Position numbers and translations under genes: made by a program. Below the pieces are notes generated by a model. The model was not told the origin of the DNA, did not search any database, and was given only the letters and a program-made list of their open reading frames with translations. 47,208 bases of DNA from Cyanophora paradoxa CCMP329 (lineage: Eukaryota; Plantae; Glaucophyta): NCBI GenBank assembly GCA_004431415.1, contig QPMI01000293.1, positions 1 through 47,208 on the forward strand, given 5' to 3'. Below, in pieces: positions 35,414 through 47,200 of this stretch. Within the stretch, counting starts at the first letter, position 1, and the number at the start of each line of letters is the position of its first letter.

Positions 35414-36815
35414 TCACACGGACTGCGGCAGCTGGTCGTACTGCGTGCCCCGCGCCCGGTACCTGCGCACGCGGCCTCAGCGCCGGCGGGCGCAACGCAG
35501 CCGCGACAAAGCGCCGGGCCGCACAGGTGGAACTGCGTGAAGATCTGCGGCGGGGCGGGGCGGGGCGGGGCGGGGGTGAGGGGAAGGAAGGGGTGCGGGG
35601 GGGCCGGGGGGCGGGGCCGGGGAGGGGGCGGGGCGGACGGTGAAGTCGAAGCAGAGGGTGCCGACGGAGCCGATGATCCAGGGGAGCTGGCCGTAGAGGA
35701 CGACGGGGTCCATGGAGCGGATGAAGATGGCGAGGGCGTACGTCAGGTTCCCCATCACCGCCGCCACGAACATCCCGATCGCCAGCCCCTCCGTCGACTT
35801 CCGCCGGAACTGCGCCCCCGTCGGCCCCGCCGCTCCCCCGCGCGCCCCCGCCGCCGCGCACGTTCTTCACGATCTGCGGCAGGCGCGAGGCGAGGTAGAG
35901 GAAGGCGGAGCCCCAGCCGACGGCCACGCCCAGCTGCACCGCCCACTCCGAGTCCAGCGGGGCGCGGCAGATCGGCTCGTCCGAGCCCGGCGCCGGCACC
36001 GGCGGGTGCGGCTTGGCGAGCTGCAGGAGCACGCGGCCGCCGGCCGCCAGCGACGAGTCCGGGACCTCCCAGGGGGCCGGCGCCAGGCTGCGGGCCGCCA
36101 GCGTGACCGTCATCAGCGCGGCCGCCACCATCCGCGTTGCCTTGCCCGACGGCGCGCCGGCCGTCCCGTACGAGGACCCAGCCGAGTCGGCGATACTGCG
36201 CGGGGAGCGCCGGCGGTACCAGTTCGGGCCCGCGGGGCGCCGCAAGGGGCGCCGCGCGCGTACGAGGGCTTCTTGAATACATAGTTCTTCAGGTGATAAT
36301 AAGTGTACTGCGAGATCACCACGGTATCCATGAAGACGAAGTACACTGCGGGGCGCGCGGAAGTCAAGACGGGGAAGCCACAACGCAAGCGGCGTGCGCA
36401 CCGGCCGTGTAGATCTGTGTCGGGAGCTGTTGCGTAAGGATCGCACCGATCTTGGGGGCCCTGCAGTCAGAACGCGCAGATCGGCAAAGGGTCAGCACAC
36501 GCAGACCAGGTTAAGGCTATCGCCCACGAGCCAGATGGCGAGGAATATCGGACTGAGCGCTTCCGCGCTGCTGTTCTTGTAGTTCTCGATGACTTGCCTG
36601 CGCGCGAGCAGCGGTGACGCGACTGTTGCAAGAAGACGGCTAGATCGCAGCACCCGCACGCACGGGGTCTGGCAAAAGATCCAGAAGCAGATTGAGGAGA
36701 GGCCGACGATGAAGCTCAGGTTATCGCGAGAGCCGTAGAGGCAGTCCCCGAACCACGTCGCGACCCTTGGCAAGTTTAAGTGATCGACCGCGACCTCAGG
36801 ATCCGTACGCACCAT
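35414..36815 (-). CDS. PQ-loop lysosomal/vacuolar cationic amino-acid transporter (PQLC2/LAAT1/Ypq family)
   Basis: First PQ loop GLSSICFWIFCQTP|QVIENYKNSSAEALSPIFLAIWLVGDSLNLV. Second loop GWGSAFLYLASRLPQIVKN|FRRKSTEGLAIGMF...GNLTY...QLPWIIGSVGTLCFDFT|IFTQF. C-terminal YDQL motif. Confidence 0.93.
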
Positions 36816-37124
36816 TTCAGGTACGGCTGGCCGTTGCGCTCCGCAGGGACGCATCGACACATGTCTATTGCGGCCTGAGGGCCGGCCGGACACAATCGAT
36901 CGCGCTAGCAACCGGAGGCTCGAATCCGTCGCGGGTCAATATTAATTCGAACTTGGAAGACTGTGAAGACCGGACTCAGCTTGACAAAAATGTTCTTTAG
37001 CAGCAGGTTTGCAACTTTGCCTCACTGTATCACAGCGCGCGGCGCTGATCATAGAATGCCGCCCGGACTGACGGGTACATAAACTAGCCAGCTACCAAGC
37101 GAAGCAAGCTAAGCAGCAGTGCGT

Positions 37125-39429
37125 ATGCAACTAGCAGAGTCAGCGGAGGAAGATGGTCCACCGCGGGCGGAGGAGCGGAGCGGCGGGCGCGAGACCCGCG
37201 CGGCGTTGGCGAAGGAGCTCATCGGCTCGCGCGTGCGCGCGCCATCGACCTTGATCGTGCGCGCGCTCACGCGCCACGCTACAGGTCCAGGATCGAACTG
37301 GCACGGCACACTCGGTCGAACGCGCCATGCGCGACCTCGCCGCTGTGTGCCTCTCGTCGTACGGTCCCGGCGGCAGGCGAGCGACGCATCCGATTTCGTT
37401 ATACTGCTGCTCACTCGCGTGTGCAGGTGGAAGCTGATCCAGAAGGGCCCGGATGGAGGGACGACGCTTCTCTCCTCGCTCTCCAGCCGCGTCCTGGAGT
37501 TCCTGGAGGTGACGAACCCTGCGGCGAAGGTGCTCGTGGAGCTCGTAGGGCACCAGCAGAAGCAGTGCGGGGATGGCGGCCTCTTCGCCCTCTCCCTCGC
37601 CGCCGAGTGGGCCCCGCGCTGGCCCCGCCCCGCACCGCCGCTCCCCGCCGACGCCGCGACAGGCTCGTGGCAGGGGCGTCGGCGCTGGCGATGCCGCGGC
37701 ACGCGCTGCTGGCGGCGCACGACGTGGCGGCGCAGTGGACGAGCGAGTACCTCGACTCGCCCACGTGCGCCTGCCGCGTGCCGCTGCGCTGGAGCGACGC
37801 GCGCGCCATGGCGGCCGTCGTGCGGGCGGTGCTCGCCCCGAAGGGCGTCTCCCGCCTCAGCCACGAGGCGCTCTCCCGCCTCTGCACCCTCGTCCTCCGC
37901 GTGCGCCCCGCCTGCCCGCCCGGCGCCGCGGCGGCCGTCCCCGCTCAGCGCGCCGCGCAGGCGTTCGTGTCGGCGATCCCCTCCTCGGGGGCGGCGACGG
38001 CGCCGGTGGTGCGGACGCTGGGCGTGGCGGGGCGCGCTGGGGAGGAGTGCGAGTGCGTGGAGGGGGCGGTGCTGGTGGACGTGTGGCCGGCCCGGGGCCA
38101 CCCCCGCTCGACTCCTTCGCCGCCGCCCCGCCGCCCTCTTCGACGTCAACCTCGAGCCGCCCCGTGCGCCCGCCCCCGCCCCCGCCCGCTCCGCCCCGCC
38201 CGCCCCGAGCCGCGGCGGCGGGCAGTGGAGGCGGCGACGGCGGAGGTCGAGTGGCGGGGCGGGGCGGCGGCGTGGAGCGTGGCGGGGGCGCGGGCGGCGG
38301 CGGTGGCGGCGCTGGCCGCGCGGGTGGAGGCCTCGGGCGCCCGCATTCTGCTCTGCCAGCGCGTCATCGACCCCGCCCTCCAGGAGACCCTCCACCGCCG
38401 CGTCCGCCCGCCCCCTCCCGCCCGCCCCGGGGCCCCCCTGCCCCCCGAGCGAGCCGCCGCAGGGCGTGCTCTGCCTGGAGCGGCTCTCGCTGCGGCACGT
38501 GGCGGCGGTGCAGGGCGTGACCGGGTGCCGCCCCATCAGCTCCCTCGGCCCGGCGCCCTCTCCCGCGAGGCCCTCGGCCGCGTCGGGGCCCTGCGCGAGC
38601 GCTGGCTCGCCGGGCGGCGCTACACGGAGATCGAGGCGGCCGAGCCGGCGCCGGCGGGGGCGCGCCCCGCCAGCACCCTCCTCCTCTGCGCCCCGGACGA
38701 GTCGGCCGTCGAGGAGCTGCAGGCCCGCCCCGCCGCCCCGCCCGCCCCGCCCCGCCGCCGACGCCGCGCGAGGCGCAGGCGGCGGTGCAGGGGGCGCTGG
38801 CGGTGCTGACAGGCTGCCTGACGACGCCGGCGGCGCTGGCGGGGCCGGCTGCTTCGAGGTTCACCTCGCCGCTCACCTGCGCGCCAAGGTGCGACGCCCC
38901 CCGCCCCCCGGCCCCCGCCCCCCGCCCCCCCGCCCGCCCACGGGCCTTGCAGGCGGAGCGGCTGGAGGCTGGCGGGTGCCTCCCGCCGCGGCTCGGTGGC
39001 CGCCCTCCTCCGCGACTGGCCCCCGCTGCGCGCTGAGGGGCGCGGGGCGCAGCGGGGTTCACGGCGCGGCAGATCGGGGAGGGCGTGCGGGGCTTCGCGG
39101 GGAGCCTGGAGCGCGTGGCCGGCGCCCTCGCCCAGGGCGCCGGCGGCCTCTCCTGGCGCGACGCCGCCGACCAGCTCGCCGCCGCCAACCGCGCCACCCT
39201 GCCCCCGGCCCCGCCCCAGCCCGCGGCCCGCGGCGCACGCGGCTGTTCGGGTGGGACTGCGAGGCGGGGGCGCCGGGGTGGTGGCGGCGTGGGAGGGGGC
39301 CGGGGAGGGGGCCTGCGGGAGGCGACGGTGCTGGAGGCGCTGCAGGCGAAGCGGCAGGCGCTGCTCGCCGCCAAGGAGGCCGCCGCCGTCCTCCTCCGCG
39401 TCCGCACCGTCGTCGTCGACACAAACTAA
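37125..39429 (+). CDS. MKKS: McKusick-Kaufman/Bardet-Biedl chaperonin-like protein (BBS6)
   Basis: GDGGLFALSL, EYLDSPTCACRVPLRWS, LVLR|AFVSAIP, LLCQRVIDPALQ, TGCRPISSL, TLLLCAPDESAVEEL, AGAGCFEVHLAAHLRAK and terminal VVVDTN* parallel MKKS (DCGLF, CGCRIPVDFS, CQKVIHP, GGGCTETHLAA, VIEDKN*). Confidence 0.88.
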
Positions 39430-39466
39430 AGTCCCCGCGGAGGCCTCCCGAGAACCCCGCGCCCGC

Positions 39467-40050
39467 CGCAACGTCTTCCTCCTCGACCCCGCCGACGAGA
39501 CCTTCGACCGCATCCACGTCGGCGCCTCCTGCCCCCGCGAGAAGGCCCGCCGCCCCGCCCCGCCCCGCCCCGCCGGCCGGCCTCGCGCGAGCGCGGGGGC
39601 AGGTCAAGGCGCTGCAGGCGCTGCTGCGGCCCGGGGCGTGCTGGTGACGCCGTGCGGCTGCGAGCTGCTCCGCATCCGCAAGGACGCCGCCGGCCGCCCC
39701 CTCGCCCCGAGGTGCGCCCCGCCGGCCGCCCCGCCGGCGCCCCCGGCGCGGCTGGAGCGGGGCGGGGCGGGGCAGGTGCTGGCGAGCGTGCGGTACGGGG
39801 ACCTGCAGGTGCCGACGGCGGTCGAGGTCATGGCCGCCCGCTTCGCCTCCGAGCGCAAGAGCGCCCTCGCCATGCCCCAGGCCCGCCCCCCCGCCCCGCC
39901 CCCCCGCCCCGCCCCGGCCCGCCCCGGCGCGCTCTGAGGGGGCGGCAGCTGCCGGCGTCGCTGGCGGAGGACCTGCGGAAGCTCGCGGGGGACGCCGCGG
40001 CGCCGTACGCCACCGCCGAGGGCCGCGCCGCCCTCGCCGCCGCCCTCGAG
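39467..40050 (+). pseudogene. Orphan fragment of a protein-L-isoaspartate O-methyltransferase-domain (PCMT/PCMTD-like) gene, retaining three introns
   Basis: RNVFLLDPADETFDRIHVGASCPREK|VKALQALLRPG(G)VLVTPCG...|VLASVRYGDLQVP corresponds to PIMT motifs II/III and the C-terminal VRY motif. There is no ATG and no SAM-binding motif I. It begins about 40 bp after the MKKS stop. Confidence 0.72.
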
Positions 40051-40379
40051 GCCCCGCCCCGGCCAGCGGGCCCCCGACCCCGATCGCGAGGCCCCCTTCC
40101 CGGCCGCCATATGCATGGAGACCGTAGAGGCCGCGGGTGTGCGCTGCCCACGTGCAACGACTTCGACGGTGATGCCTCGGGCCACTGGGCCTTCTACAGC
40201 TGTAGCCTAGGCCTTAGCTTCTATGGCCTCGAGGCTACGTCGCGCGTGCCTATGTGGGGCGTACCAGTATATGCAGCGCAAGCGCTAGCGCATATGGCTG
40301 CCTGTCGACGTCATGTTAGCGCTATAGCGCTATAGCTAGCGCTGGCTGGCATGCTGGATGGGCTCCACAGGACAGTGGC

Positions 40380-40950
40380 AGCCGCTGCATGCTCTTGCCA
40401 GTGAGCTTGGAAGTATGAAACTTGAAAAGCTTGTACATGTGTATTTCTGATTTGACATGTTGTTTTCTTCATTTGCCAAGTCACTGAGTGAAGTGTACAA
40501 TTCCTAAGCTTCTTCAAGGCTTGCAAATGTTCATGATCATGATCATCGGATCATGATCAGTGTCTTAGCTTCATGACCAGTGCTCAGCTTCTTCCGAAGT
40601 TCTCGCAATTGTTCAGTCACTGAGTGCTAATTATAAGCTTCGAGTTTTTCCAAGGTTCTCGCAATTGTTCAGTGCTTAGCTTCTAAGAGGCCTTCTCTTT
40701 ACCAGCCGAGAATTAAAAGGTCAAACTCCGCAGCAACTTGATCGCGATCGTGATCGCGGGGGGGTACGCCAGCGGATCTTCGTTCGGGCACTAGTACTAG
40801 TACTGTCGCTATACGCTTCGCCGAGAGAGCGCGCTAGCCGACCGCACTGTCACCACAGCACGTAGTACGCGCCCACGGTACCGGCCGCGGAACGTGCACT
40901 TGGTGACTAAGCTCTACTTTCTCTGCTGCAAGGCTTTCTCTGCTGCAAGG
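40380..40950. repeat. AT-rich intergenic island with short direct repeats
   Basis: gttctcgcaattgttcagt at 40599 and 40655; agtcactgagtg at 40479 and 40615; a (catgat)n run; 17-bp tandem duplication ctttctctgctgcaagg at 40917-40950. Confidence 0.6.
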
Positions 40951-41206
40951 CTACGCGTTCGTCCCGATGAAGCGATAGCACGTCGTCTTTGAAGTGCAGA
41001 GTACGTTTTGCGGCATGGGACAACAAAACTGGGTGCGTAAGTCGATTTTCTGCAGCGAGAGCGCTTCCCTACCACGCGTACGATTGGCACCGTCAAGCGT
41101 GTAGCTAACAGAATCATCCTTCAGGTTGACCGGGCCCGGGCCTGGAGGCGCCGCTGCGAGTTTTTGGTGTTCCGAGTCGCGTGCGTGCCCCGGGTCACGC
41201 CAAAGC

Positions 41207-44200
41207 ATGATCAGCGAGCGCCCTGATTTCGTGCGCGACAGGTACCTGGTGTTCTGTGAAGACACGTACGCGCTGCTGAAGTCCATTTCTGTGCGTTAAA
41301 TTAAACGGATATCGATCCGAGCGGGTGCGGATGCGCAGGTCGGACAGCTACGACAAGAAGGCGCTCGTGGTCCTCGAGAGCCTCCAGTTCGCCGTCTTTC
41401 CCCTCTTTTCGCTGCTTTCCGGGGCCGGCGTCTGGAAGGGATCGACGGGGAACTGGCTCTTCGGATTCGCCTTCACAAATTCCTTCGGGTGCGCTAGCGT
41501 TGGGGGCACAAGAGGGCGCCGGCGCTCCTCTGCGTGACGCCGGCGCCGTTGCGTGGGGCGGCTGCAGGGTGTACAAGGCGGGGGTCCCATTGTGCGTGCT
41601 CTGCGCCTTCGCGCTGCACTGCTTCAAGCTCTACGAGCACTTCCGCCACGGCGTGCCCGTCGAGGATTCATGGCTTCTCATCTACAGGCCCGTCCCCGTC
41701 CCCCGGCCCCACCCTCGCGCAACCCGCCCTCCTCCCGGGCCCGCGCCTGACCGCGTCCCCCGTGGCAGCTTCCGAGTGGTGTGGCGGACGCTGAAGCCGC
41801 TGTTCGTGGTGGCGGTGCTCGAGCAGTCGTTCGCCTCCGTCGCCGTCTGCTTGCGCGCCGGTGCCGCAGAGACGCTCTCGGGCTTCGGCATCGTGCGCGC
41901 GCCCTCGAGCTGGCGGCGGTGCGGAGGCGCGGGGGGCGGGGCGCTCAGCGAGGGGGGGGCGCTCAGGTCGTCTGCGGGGTGGAGGTGGCGGTGTGCGCCC
42001 TCACCGTGGCCGCCCTCCTCGTCCTCACCACCGTGTCCGTCCCCGCCCCGCCACTCCCCGCGCCCCACCGCCCCCCGCCCCGACCTCGCCCCGCCGCCCT
42101 CCAGCGACTACTCCCCCTCGGTCGCCGGCCCGTCGGGGCGGAACCGGGCGTGGTCGGGGTCGCTGCTGCAGGAGGCGGCGCGGCTGCTCTTCGTGCTCCT
42201 CAGCGTCGCCCACGAGATGCGGGACGCCTCGCGCGAGCTCGCCGCCCTCGCCACCCTCGCCGCCCTCGCCGCCCACGAGTGTCCGCACCGCGCCCCGAGC
42301 AGCCCCCGCCAGGCGCAGAGCGCGCGGCGAGCGGCGCGGGGGGGGCGGGGGCGCAGACGTGTACCTCTCGGAGCCGTCGCTCTGGCTCTCCCAGACGCGC
42401 CTCACCTCCTACTGCGTCGGCCTCGCCGCCGTCCTCCTCTCCGGACTCAGGGTCCGCGCCCCGCCCCTCTCCCGCGACTCGACCCTCACGCCTGCCGGCC
42501 CCAGAGCTTCGACATCGTCGCCGCCTCGGTGCCGCCCCTGGAGCCTCGCATGCCGCCCGGGGCTGACGGGCCCGCGCAGAGCGTGCCGGTGGGCGTGGCG
42601 CTGCTGGCGCCACCGCTCGCGTACGCGGCCTTCGCCGCCGCGCGCCGCCGCCACGCCGCCCTCTGCGCCGCCTCCTCCCCGGAGACCACCGCCGCCTGGC
42701 GCGCGCCCCCGCAGCTCCCCGCGAGCCGGGGGCGCGGCTGAGGCGGGGGGGCGCAGGGCGCTGGAGGTGCCGGTGGCGACGCGGCAGCTGAGCGAGGGCC
42801 AGGAGGTGGAGCAGGTGGAGGGGACCTTCGCGGCCGCCCTCGCCCGCTTCCCCGAGTCGCAGCTGCTCCGCGTCGCCTTCGCCGAGTTCCTGCTCTGGTC
42901 CAAGGACCCCTCCACCCTCATCCAGCACCTCTGCAAGCTCTCCACCGCCTCCCTCTGGTTCCCCTACCGCTACAGGCGCGTTTCCCGCTCCCTCCGGTCC
43001 GAGACGCGCCGCGGCGCGGCGCTGAGGGGGGGCGGCGGCGGCGGGGCAGGATGTACAGCATCAACCGGCGGCGCATTGAGGCCATCGAGCAGGCGCGCGG
43101 GCCCCCGCGGCCCGGAGCGCGCGGCTCGGCTCTGTCTGACGGGGGCGGGGGCGCGGTGGGAGCAGATGCTGGGGGAGTCGTCGCTGACGTTCCAGGAGGA
43201 GTTCAAGTTGGCAAAGTCGGTGCACATCGAGGCGCTGGCGCGCATCCGCTCCTTCTGGGAGATCCTCCTCCGCAACGACCTCGACCCCCACCTCCTCGCC
43301 CGCGTCCGCGCACCCCGCCGCCCCCGCCGCCCCGCCCGCCCCGCACCCTCAAGCCGCACCGTCCCCCGCGCAGGTCTCGGAGAGCGTTGGGCACAGCCGG
43401 CGGCGGGGCGACGCCAAGTACCGGCGCCTCCTCGGCCGCTTCCGCTCCCGCCGCCTCATGGCCGCCTGTCCGCCCCGCCCCGCCCCGCCCGCCTTCCCGG
43501 CGGGTGGCGCCTGAGGCGGGGCGGGGCAGACGCGCGGTTCCTGTCGCGGGTCTCGTGGGAGCTGGACCTGGCGGAGCGGTACCAGCGGGAGGCGGAGGAG
43601 CAGGCCAAGCCCGAGGGCGCCCCCGACGAGCCCGACGAGCTCTTCCCCGGCCCCGCCCCCGCCCCCTCCCTCCCCAAGGAGCCCACCGGTACCGCCGTCG
43701 CGCCCGCCGCCGCCCCCGAGGGCCCCGCCCGCGCCGCCCGCGCCACCATGCGCGGCAAGAGCGTCGGCAGCGGCAAGGCCCGCGCCTACTTCGGTGAGAG
43801 CGACTCCGGGGCCGCCTCGGCTGCGGGCGCCGCGGCGGGACCCGGGCCCCGGGCGGGGGCCGCCAGCGCGGGGCCGGGGCGCCTGCACGGCATCCTCAAG
43901 GCGCGGAGCGGCGGGCTGAAGTCGGCGCACAGCTCGCACGGCATCAGCGCGAGGGCCCTCTCGGCCATCGGCCTGGGTGCGAGCGCGAAGTCGGCCGCTC
44001 TCGGGCAGTCCGGCTCACGCGGTGGCGGCGGTGCGCAGGGTCGGAGGAGGACAGCTTCAGCGAGACGCTGAACCAGACAGCCGCCATGTCGGCCGAGGCC
44101 GCCAAGCAACAGGACCTGCGGGTGCGCGTCAAGCGGGCCTCGAACAGCGCGGCGGTGGACGCCCTCGCGCGGCGCACCCTCGCCGTGCTCCTCCTCGGCG

Positions 44201-47200
44201 TCCTCCTCGGGGCCGGCTACTACGCCTCGGTGCGCTCCCTGGTGGAGAACACGCGGGCCGTCGTCGGCGTGCTCGGCTCCTCCGTGGAGCGCACGCGCCT
44301 CTCCCAGGAGGCACCACTCCTCGCCCGCTCCCTCGCCGCCGCCCGCGCCCGCGGCGACCGCCCGGCCGCCGCCGCCGCCCAGGCCGCCCTCAAGGCCGCC
44401 GCCAAGCGCCTCCACGGCCTCCACAAGGTGGAAGCCCGCCGCCGCGCGCCGCGCCGCACGCGCCTCGCACGGGCCGACGCGCGGGGGCGCTCGGCGGGGG
44501 CAGCAACTGTACACGGACGGGATGATGAGCGCGCGGCAGCTGCGGGAGGTGATGGAGCAGCCGCTCGTGCGCACCCGCGACGCCCTCGCCGACGACGGCG
44601 CCGCCGCCACCCTCTCCCTCTGGGAGGCCCGCCCCGCCCCCGCCGCCCCCGCCCCCGCCCCCGCCCCCGCCCCCGCCCCGCCTCTGACGCGCCCCGTCAG
44701 TTCGGGAACCGGTACGTGAGGAAGGCGCTGGACGTGGCGGAGTACAACGGGACGGGCCCGCTCCCCGCGCACCACTACGCGTTCCTCGTGGAGAACGCGG
44801 AGGCGGCGCTCGCCTCCTTCTCGAACGCGACGCGGGTCTACTGCGAGAGCAACGTCAGCGCCGGGCGCCTCCGCCTCGCCCTCCAGCTCCTCTTCGCCGC
44901 CGTCCTCCTCGCAATCGTCTTCTCCGTGAAAGAATACCTCATCGCGCCCGTGCTGCGGGGCCTCGACCGGGAGCGCAAGCTGGCGGTGTCGGTCTTCGGG
45001 GCGATCCCCAAGGGGAACATGGCGCACCTGATCGAGGGGATCCGCAAGGAGGAGCTCGCCCTCATCGAGGAGGCGACTGAGTACGAGGAGGCCCTCGGGC
45101 TGCAGCTCGCGGGGCCCCGCCACTCGGTCGGCGCCCTCTCCGGCCTCGCCGACTCGAGCTTCGGGATCGCCTCGCTGGCGCCCCCCTCGAGCGCCAGCGG
45201 GCCCTCGTGCCTCGGGAACGGCGCCATCATGGCGGCCGCGCAGTCGGCGGCGAACCACGCGCGGACGGAGGCGCGGGACGGGGCCCGGCGGCACTCCCCG
45301 ACGGCGGTCTCGCTGGAGTCGCACATGTACCGGCGGGTCTTTTTCGGGCTCCTGCTTGTCGCCCTCGCCCTCCTGCTCATGCTCGCGCACGCCTTCTGGC
45401 TCGTCGGCCACGGCCTCGGCATCGCCAACGAGATCGCCGCCTCGGGCCAAAGGGGGGTACTCGTCCGGAGCCTTCACCTCTCCGCCGTCCACCTCGCCAC
45501 CGCCCCCGACGAGGCCGCCCGCGCCGAGAGCCGCGCCAAGATCCTCGCCCACGGTCCCCGCCCCCGCCCGCCCCGCCTCGTCGCCCCGCGGGGCTGACGC
45601 GGCGGGGGCAGCTCTGGTGCTCGAGGCGACGCACCAGGCCCTCGTCTTCGGCTCCGCCGCCGCCGGCATCGCAGGTGACCCCGCCCGCCCAGCCCCAAGC
45701 CTCGCCGAGCGGGGGGAGCCTGGGGCGCCTTGCATGCCTCCCCCTGCCCGAGCCCCGTGCCACGCATACGAACCCCGGCCCGCCCGGCCCACCGCCCACC
45801 CCCCGGGGCGGACATAACGCGCCCTGCGCGCTTTCCCTGACCTCAGTGGGGCACACCCTGCACATCGGCCAAGGTCTGCGGGCCTCGCGCCCGCCGGGCA
45901 CCCGGTCCCCTTGCCGAGTGCAGGGCGGGGGAGGGGGGACCGCCGCGAGGCGTTTGCGCGCAACCGCCGCTTGACGCGGGGGTTCCGGCGCAGCTTCCTC
46001 GCGGCGGTACGATGCGATGGAGGCGCTGATGTACTCGAGCCCCGCAACGGACGCCGACGCGTGGCGCCGCCACTTCAACGCCTCCGGGCCGGCCGCGCAC
46101 CTCGCCAACAAGACCGGCGACTACCGCACCGCGTGCGCCCTCGCCCCCGACGTTGGCGAGGGCGGGATTCGAGGCTGAAGGGACGGGGGCGGCGGGGCGC
46201 AGGTACTGCCTGGAGTTCTCGCTTTCGCGGTTCGTGGACGAGGCGCGTGCGCTCGCGCGGGAGTCGTCCGGGGCCCTCTCGGAGGGGAACGAGCACCTGG
46301 CGCACCTCGCCGAGGCGGACGGGGGCCTGCTCTCCCAGCAGCTCGACCTCGCCATCGCGCGCTTCTCGGGGGAGTCGCTGGCGCACCTGCAGCGGGGGAT
46401 GCGGCAGCAGGAGTCCCTCCTCCTTGCCTCCTTCCTCTCCATTGCCCTCGTCTTCCTCGCCGTCTTCCTCCCCGTCCGCCCCCTTTCTCCCTTCCCCTTC
46501 CCAAGCGCCCCCGCCATCGTCCCCGTCCCGTCTTTCTCTGAGGGAGCGCGCGGGCAGATTCTCAACGAACTGCGGGAGGAGGGCGACCTGACGCTCTCCA
46601 TGCTCTGGCCCGCCCGCCCCCGCCGCCCCGCGCGGGGAGCTGACATGGGCGCGGGGGCGCAGCATGGTGCCCGGGGAGGAGCTGGACAAGATTGAGGCGG
46701 TGCGGGCGTTCCTGGAGGAGAAGCAGGGCGGGGGCGGGGCGGGGGCGGGGGCGGGGCCGGAGGGTTTCGAGCGGCTGCTGGAGGCGTCGCGGCAGGAGAC
46801 GCGCTCGATCATGGAGGCCGTCTACGTCGGCATCGCCGTCTTCGACACCGGTGCCCGCCCCCGTGCCTCGCCCCGCCCGCCCCTCGCCTCCCTGAGGCGC
46901 GGCCGGGGCGGGCAGCCGGGGAGATCGCCCTCGTGAACCACGCGACGGAGCGCGCCTTCGGCTACAAGCGCTCTGAGCTCGTCGGCCGCCCCGCCTCCCT
47001 CCTCATCGGCCCCGCCCTTCACGGGTCCGCCAGCGCCCGCCCCCGCATCCCCCCTCCGCCGGCCGCGCTGCTCACCGGGGCGGGGGGGGCCAGGGCGCTG
47101 GTGCTGGGCTCGCGGGAGGTGGTGGGGCAGCAGCTGGAGATCACGGCGGAGCGGAGCGGCGGGGAGAAGTTCCCCTGCACCGTCGCCATCACCGACGTCG

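Noticed and set aside
37125-39429. Canonical CCT/TCP-1 subunit
   Set aside because: It lacks GDGTT and carries MKKS-specific motifs instead.
40740-40805. Helitron 3' end (CTAGT after a GC-rich stretch) explaining the PCMT fragment capture
   Set aside because: The hairpin is weak, CTAG is common in intergenic DNA here, and no matching A|TC 5' end was found.
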